Program-made: the position numbers and the translations under genes
From: Bdellovibrionales bacterium
GTDB lineage: Bacteria; Bdellovibrionota; Bdellovibrionia; Bdellovibrionales; UBA840
Assembly (NCBI GenBank): GCA_037969075.1
Contig: JBBKWS010000094.1
Span: forward strand, 1 to 11,317
Reading direction: 5' to 3'
DNA: 11,317 nt
The notes under the pieces: model-generated
What the model saw: the letters and a program-made list of their open reading frames with translations, nothing else
What the model was told of the DNA's origin: nothing
Databases searched by the model: none
Shown: one piece after another, positions 7,151-11,317 of the stretch
Layout: each line of letters opens with the position of its first letter
Position numbering within the stretch: position 1 is the stretch's first letter

Positions 7151-7651
7151 TTAGGTATACTTAAAAATCGCAAGAAGTATTGTCATCACCGCAATTAGTA
7201 TCCCAAATTTTCTGTCTATTGCTTTATTAAATCTTAACTCTAAACTAGCTATCTCTAATCTTACACTATGAAAACCTGAGGCCATCTCGCTTCTAACTGC
7301 TGCGAACTCTTTTTTCATCTCTGATCGAACTGCTGTGAATTCTTCTTTCATCTCTGATCTAACGGCTGCGAACTCTTCTTTCATCTCTGATCGAACGGCT
7401 GTGAATTCTGTGGCCACTTTGACTCTAAAAACAGTGAACTCATTTACCACTGTATATCTAAATATGGCGAACTCATGCTTCATATCATGGCGCACACCGA
7501 GTATCTCGATAGTGATTTCGTCCTTTGTAGCTAGGTGCTTATTAATAATTTTTCCCATAATCTCAATATGCTTTTCGGCTTGTTTTGTGGGAACTCCAAC
7601 ACTTTCTAGGGATTTTTTAAATTCTAAGCTATCAAATATTTTTTCAGTCAT
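7151..7651 (-). CDS. DUF1640/CCDC90-like membrane-anchored coiled-coil protein
   Basis: Head FDSLEFKKSLESVGVPTKQAE, neck LATKDEI, 11-residue repeat stalk (EFxAVRSEMKE), C-terminal transmembrane segment FGILIAVMTILLAIF. Confidence 0.85.
   Translation of the reverse strand: MTEKIFDSLEFKKSLESVGVPTKQAEKHIEIMGKIINKHLATKDEITIEILGVRHDMKHEFAIFRYTVVNEFTVFRVKVATEFTAVRSEMKEEFAAVRSEMKEEFTAVRSEMKKEFAAVRSEMASGFHSVRLEIASLELRFNKAIDRKFGILIAVMTILLAIFKYT
7283..7480. repeat. 33-bp in-frame tandem repeat: 4 well-conserved units plus 2 degenerate units
   Basis: Units begin at 7283, 7316, 7349 and 7382 (e.g. catctctgatcgaactgctgtgaattcttcttt); degenerate units begin at 7415 and 7448. Confidence 0.95.
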
Positions 7652-7663
7652 GAAGTCAGTAAT

Positions 7664-7679
7664 AGCAATGATAGTGCCA
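7664..7679 (-). promoter_or_regulatory. Sigma-54 (RpoN) -24/-12 promoter
   Basis: Minus strand TGGCAC-TATCA-TTGCT matches TGGCAC-N5-TTGCW with correct spacing. It is intergenic and points at the DUF1640-like gene. Confidence 0.8.
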
Positions 7680-7738
7680 TGCTAAAAATCCAGCTGTTAA
7701 GAGATGGACTGTCCGAATCCGATTTTATGTCCGAGAAT

Positions 7739-8389
7739 TTAAAACAGTTTTTTGGCAACCGTCATTCCTTCATTAAAAGGAATGCAGGTAGATTGATATT
7801 TTTTAGGGTCAGACAGTCTTTCATTAAAGGTGCGCATGGTTTGCCAACGCTTAATCGACTCGCCCTTTGGTTTTTCATCACTAAACACTGCTCCAAATAA
7901 AAATGTATTATCGCCAATGATCCATCCACCCTTGCGTACATTCTTCTCGGCCCAATCTAGGTAATCTAAGTACCCGCCTTTGTCAGCGTCGATAAAACAT
8001 AAATCAAATGGTCCAGATAAAGTAGGTAGGATTTTACTGGCGTCTCCGTGTAGGATGGTGGCTTTATTTTGCATGTTAAAATTATCAATATGGCTTTTTG
8101 CAATTTCAAAGTATTTTGGATCAAATTCAATAGTAGTTAACTTACCATCAACTGGTAGAGCTTCTGCCATCTTTAATGCCGAATAACCCAAAAAGCAGCC
8201 AATTTCTATGATATTATTAATATCTTGTGTACGAATCAAAAACTGCAAGAAACCAGCCTCAACGGGAGATAAAGACATTCCCTCTTGCCTTGTCTCTAAC
8301 ATGGCAGCTCTAATAGCAAGCCATTTGTCAGAATCAGGATGAAAGATTTTTTCGATATACTTATAAGACTCGTTATTTCCCTGTCGCAT
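7739..8389 (-). CDS. Class I SAM-dependent O-methyltransferase (caffeoyl-CoA OMT / YrrM-TrmR-like)
   Basis: Motifs IIEIGCFLGYS, LTTIE, FDLCFIDADK, GGWIIGDNT. ATG 8389 preferred over 8416, which would abut the divergent gene. Confidence 0.9.
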   Translation of the reverse strand: MRQGNNESYKYIEKIFHPDSDKWLAIRAAMLETRQEGMSLSPVEAGFLQFLIRTQDINNIIEIGCFLGYSALKMAEALPVDGKLTTIEFDPKYFEIAKSHIDNFNMQNKATILHGDASKILPTLSGPFDLCFIDADKGGYLDYLDWAEKNVRKGGWIIGDNTFLFGAVFSDEKPKGESIKRWQTMRTFNERLSDPKKYQSTCIPFNEGMTVAKKLF

Positions 8390-8439
8390 GCAGCAAGTAT
8401 TTGCCTTTATAGGCATAATTGCAAGAATATATACCTTAT

Positions 8440-9084
8440 ATGTATGACTTACTTATTTTTGATTTAGATGGAACGATTATTGATTCAGCAGAAGATTTTC
8501 ACTCTAGCCTCTCGCTGCTGCTAGAGCGCCGCAATTTGCCAGGAATGCCACTTGAAAAGACACAAAGTTACTTGGGAAATGGTTTTAAAAACTTCATTGA
8601 AAGTTTATACCCTAATCCTACGCAAGAAATAAAACAGACTGTATACCAAGAGTTTTTAACCGAGTTTGATAGACAATTCTTAAAAACCACAAAACTTTTT
8701 GACGGAGCTAGAGATTTTTTAGCAACAACCTCTAAGCGTATTGCCTTGTGCACCAACCAACCACAAAAGTACGCACAACAAACTTTAAAACATTTTGAGA
8801 TTTACTCACTGCCCTGGGAGTCTTATGTATATGGCGACACATTTGAAGCACCAAAGCCTGATCCTGAGGGCATTAGTCATATCTTAGAAGTTTCTGGAGT
8901 GAGTCCGTCTAAAGCCTTAATGATTGGTGATGGTGTACCTGATGCAATGGCTGCAAAGAATGCGGGGATTGATTTTTTAGGAGTAGACTTTGGTTATCAT
9001 CCAAAAGAAGAACTCCTAAAATTAGGAGCTATCTCGACATTCTCAAGTTACAATCAACTAGAGTCATATTTACTAAAAATTTAA
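8440..9084 (+). CDS. HAD-IA hydrolase, phosphoglycolate phosphatase-like
   Basis: Motif [11 protein letters not shown], motif II CTN, motif III KPDP, motif [12 protein letters not shown] 8440 gives the typical [13 protein letters not shown]-terminus. Confidence 0.92.
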   Translation: MYDLLIFDLDGTIIDSAEDFHSSLSLLLERRNLPGMPLEKTQSYLGNGFKNFIESLYPNPTQEIKQTVYQEFLTEFDRQFLKTTKLFDGARDFLATTSKRIALCTNQPQKYAQQTLKHFEIYSLPWESYVYGDTFEAPKPDPEGISHILEVSGVSPSKALMIGDGVPDAMAAKNAGIDFLGVDFGYHPKEELLKLGAISTFSSYNQLESYLLKI

Positions 9085-10817
9085 ACAATTAAGTTTGGAC
9101 CTACATCTAACGATTTAGGAATACCTCTTGGAATCGCTGATAGTAATTTTTTAGTATATTCATCTTGTGGTCTTTCGTAAATTCCTTTGGCATCCGAAAT
9201 CTCCACAATTTTCCCTTTGTTCATCACCGCTACTTCATCGGCAATGTATTTTACCACAGCAAGATCATGCGAGATAAAGATATACGTTAAACCAAGCTCT
9301 TCTTGTAAATCCATTAATAAATTTAAAATTTGCGCTTGTACTGACACGTCTAAAGCCGACACAGATTCATCACAAACAATAAAATCTGGTTTAACAGCTA
9401 GTGCACGACCGATACAAATACGTTGTCTTTGTCCTCCAGAGAATTCGTGAGGGTAACGACTTAGCATATCGGCTTTTAAGCCTACTTTTTCAATTAGCTC
9501 TGCAGCTAAATTTAAACGATCTTGTCTAGATTTTCCGATTCCATGAATTTTCATTGGCTCCATGATTGTAGAGGCAATCGTCATTCTAGGGTTTAAAGAA
9601 GCATATGGATCTTGAAAGATGATTTGCATTTTTTTACGCATCTCACGAAGCTCATTAGGCTTAAGCTTTGCTAAATCAACTCCATTATAAATCATCTCTC
9701 CTGAAGTTGGCTCAATTAAGCGTAAAATAGTTCGACCTAAAGTTGTCTTCCCGCAGCCCGATTCTCCAACCAGACCAAGGGTTCTACCTTTTCTAACCTT
9801 GATACTTACATCATCTACTGCTTTTACGAAGCTGATAGGTTTGCCTAAAAAAGTTTTCTCAAGAGGAAAGTACTTATGTACATTCTTTAGCTCTAACAAT
9901 ACTGGGTTTGCATTGGTGATTGGTCTTTCAGGCTTCTCTTTTCTAGTAGACTCTAAATCAAAATATTTTTCTTCACCCTCAGGAGTCATAAAATCACTAA
10001 CTGTTGGTAGTCGCTGTGGGTTTTTATCTAAAGATGGACGACAGTTTAAGAGGCCCTTGGTATAAGGGTGCTTTGCCTCTGTAAAGATTTGCTCGCAAGT
10101 TCCTTTTTCGACTATGTCACCTCTATACATCACAACAACTTCATCCGCGATATCTGCAATTACTCCTAAATCATGAGTAATAAACAATATACTCATGCCA
10201 TATTTTTTTTGCAAATCAGCTAATAGTTCTAATATTTGCTTTTGAATGGTTACATCAAGGGCTGTTGTTGGTTCGTCTGCAATTAATAAATCTGGCTCAC
10301 ACGCGATTGCCATAGCAATCATGACTCTTTGTCTTTGCCCGCCGCTCATTTCATGTGGGTAAGAACCAATTCTCCCTGCAGGATCAGGAATTCCCACTTG
10401 ATCCAAAAGTTCTAATGTGCGCTTGTAGGCTTTATCCTTAGACATTTGTTGGTGAAGCATTAAAGTTTCTGCAATTTGATTACCCACTGTGAATACAGGG
10501 TTTAAGCTAGTCATTGGTTCTTGAAAAATCATAGAGATTTTATTGCCTCTGATTTTTCGCATTTTGGGTTCAGATAGTTTTAATAAATCTTGGCCAGCTA
10601 GTTCGATTTTTCCGCTGGTAATTTTTCCGGGAGGACTCTGGATTAACTGCATGATCGCAAGTGAGGTTACTGATTTCCCTGATCCTGACTCACCCACTAA
10701 ACCAACAGTTTTACCTTTAGGGATCTGAAAAGAGATATTATTTAGAGCAGCGACTTTGCCATTATCAGTATTAAATTCCACTCGTAAATCTTCGATATTT
10801 AATAAAATCTCACTCAT
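9081..10817 (-). CDS. Fused double-NBD peptide/nickel ABC transporter ATP-binding protein (OppD/F-type, YejF/GsiA-like)
   Basis: Two Walker A motifs ([16 protein letters not shown]), two signatures ([16 protein letters not shown]), Walker B LIADEPT and IVCDES, HPYT motif. SD AGGGGG upstream. The stop overlaps the HAD stop at TTAA 9081-9084. Confidence 0.96.
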   Translation of the reverse strand: MSEILLNIEDLRVEFNTDNGKVAALNNISFQIPKGKTVGLVGESGSGKSVTSLAIMQLIQSPPGKITSGKIELAGQDLLKLSEPKMRKIRGNKISMIFQEPMTSLNPVFTVGNQIAETLMLHQQMSKDKAYKRTLELLDQVGIPDPAGRIGSYPHEMSGGQRQRVMIAMAIACEPDLLIADEPTTALDVTIQKQILELLADLQKKYGMSILFITHDLGVIADIADEVVVMYRGDIVEKGTCEQIFTEAKHPYTKGLLNCRPSLDKNPQRLPTVSDFMTPEGEEKYFDLESTRKEKPERPITNANPVLLELKNVHKYFPLEKTFLGKPISFVKAVDDVSIKVRKGRTLGLVGESGCGKTTLGRTILRLIEPTSGEMIYNGVDLAKLKPNELREMRKKMQIIFQDPYASLNPRMTIASTIMEPMKIHGIGKSRQDRLNLAAELIEKVGLKADMLSRYPHEFSGGQRQRICIGRALAVKPDFIVCDESVSALDVSVQAQILNLLMDLQEELGLTYIFISHDLAVVKYIADEVAVMNKGKIVEISDAKGIYERPQDEYTKKLLSAIPRGIPKSLDVGPNLIV

Positions 10818-10852
10818 GTTATCCCCCTAAGATGAAGCCCACATATAATTTA

Positions 10853-10868
10853 TACAATAAAAGTGCCA
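10853..10868 (-). promoter_or_regulatory. Possible sigma-54-like promoter for the ABC ATPase
   Basis: Minus strand TGGCAC-TTTTA-TTGTA: perfect -24 element and spacing, but -12 reads GT instead of GC. Confidence 0.45.
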
Positions 10869-10955
10869 AGGGAAGTAGTGGAAAGAGCGGCCCTTGGTCG
10901 AGTAGACACCTTAAGTGGTGCGTTATGACACCGTTTTACTGAAGTCAGCTGTGTT

Positions 10956-10984
10956 TTGACTCCCAACTTGCCCCCTGCTAGTCT
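10956..10984 (+). promoter_or_regulatory. Sigma-70 promoter of fabI
   Basis: TTGACT(10956-10961)-17 nt-TAGTCT(10979-10984) with extended -10 TG at 10976-10977. Confidence 0.7.
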
Positions 10985-10992
10985 CACTTTCT

Positions 10993-11317
10993 ATGAATGT
11001 AAAAGGTTTAAATGCTGTTGTTATCGGTATCGCAAATGAAAGAAGCTTAGCTTACTCTATCGCAAAATCATTATCTGAAGGCGGAGCAAATCTAGCTTTA
11101 AATTACTTAAATGAAAAACTAGAAAGTAGAGTTCGTCCGATCGGCGAAGAACTTGGAGCAAAGCTAGTTGAACACCTAGATGTTAACGATGAAGCCTCGA
11201 TTACTAGTTTTTTTGAAAAAGTAAAATCACAATTTGGAAAAGTTGACATCTTAATTCACTCCATTGCCTTTGCAAATCGCGAAGACCTTGAAGGCAGATT
11301 TATCGATACTAGCCGTG
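10993..11317 (+). CDS. fabI: Enoyl-ACP reductase FabI (partial; continues past the right edge)
   Basis: Manual translation: MNVKGLNAVVIGIANERSLAYSIAKSLSEGGANLALNYLNEKLESRVRPIGEELG...LDVNDEASITSFFEKVKSQFGKVDILIHSIAFANREDLEGRFIDTSR, with the FabI hallmarks GIANxRS and HSIAFA. Confidence 0.96.
   Translation, partial: MNVKGLNAVVIGIANERSLAYSIAKSLSEGGANLALNYLNEKLESRVRPIGEELGAKLVEHLDVNDEASITSFFEKVKSQFGKVDILIHSIAFANREDLEGRFIDTSR

Noticed and set aside
7283..7480. 33-bp repeats as a CRISPR array or a diversity-generating retroelement TR/VR pair
   Set aside because: The units are contiguous with no unique spacers and stay in frame within a CDS. Differences are not adenine-restricted, and there is no cas or reverse transcriptase gene in the window.
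7739..8389. Methyltransferase as a DNA methylase of a defence system, or assignment as trmR
   Set aside because: The motifs are those of the small-molecule/tRNA O-methyltransferase family, not a DNA MTase. The substrate cannot be fixed from sequence, so no gene symbol is given.
7335..8756. ORFs 7335-7685, 7679-7900, 7980-8186 and 8568-8756
   Set aside because: Opposite-strand shadows of the coiled-coil, O-methyltransferase and HAD genes. The 7335 ORF stays open partly because of the repeat.
9187..10728. Plus-strand ORFs 9187-9450, 9799-10065 and 10543-10728
   Set aside because: Typical antisense frames of an ABC ATPase.

Overview
AT-rich bacterial chromosomal window of mostly housekeeping and envelope genes. 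Gene style suggests a Bdellovibrionota-like organism, which is inference only. In order: a DsbA/DsbG-like CPYC lipoprotein running off the left edge (not in the ORF track); a 569-aa lipoprotein that appears to be an expanded, circularly permuted NlpC/P60 (YiiX/YaeF-type) cysteine amidase; a 166-aa hypothetical; an AceE-type 2-oxoacid (pyruvate) dehydrogenase E1 with no E2/E3 nearby, translationally coupled to a DUF829/TMEM53-like alpha/beta hydrolase; a small HPF/RaiA-like protein; a DUF1640/CCDC90-like membrane-anchored coiled-coil with 33-bp tandem repeats behind a consensus sigma-54 promoter; an O-methyltransferase; a Gph-like HAD phosphatase; an orphan fused peptide-ABC ATPase; and the 5' part of fabI (not in the ORF track). 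No rRNA, tRNA, CRISPR array or mobile element was seen. Best leads: the single-cysteine permuted amidase next to the Dsb lipoprotein, the sigma-54 coiled-coil/HPF-like pair, and several apparently leaderless genes.
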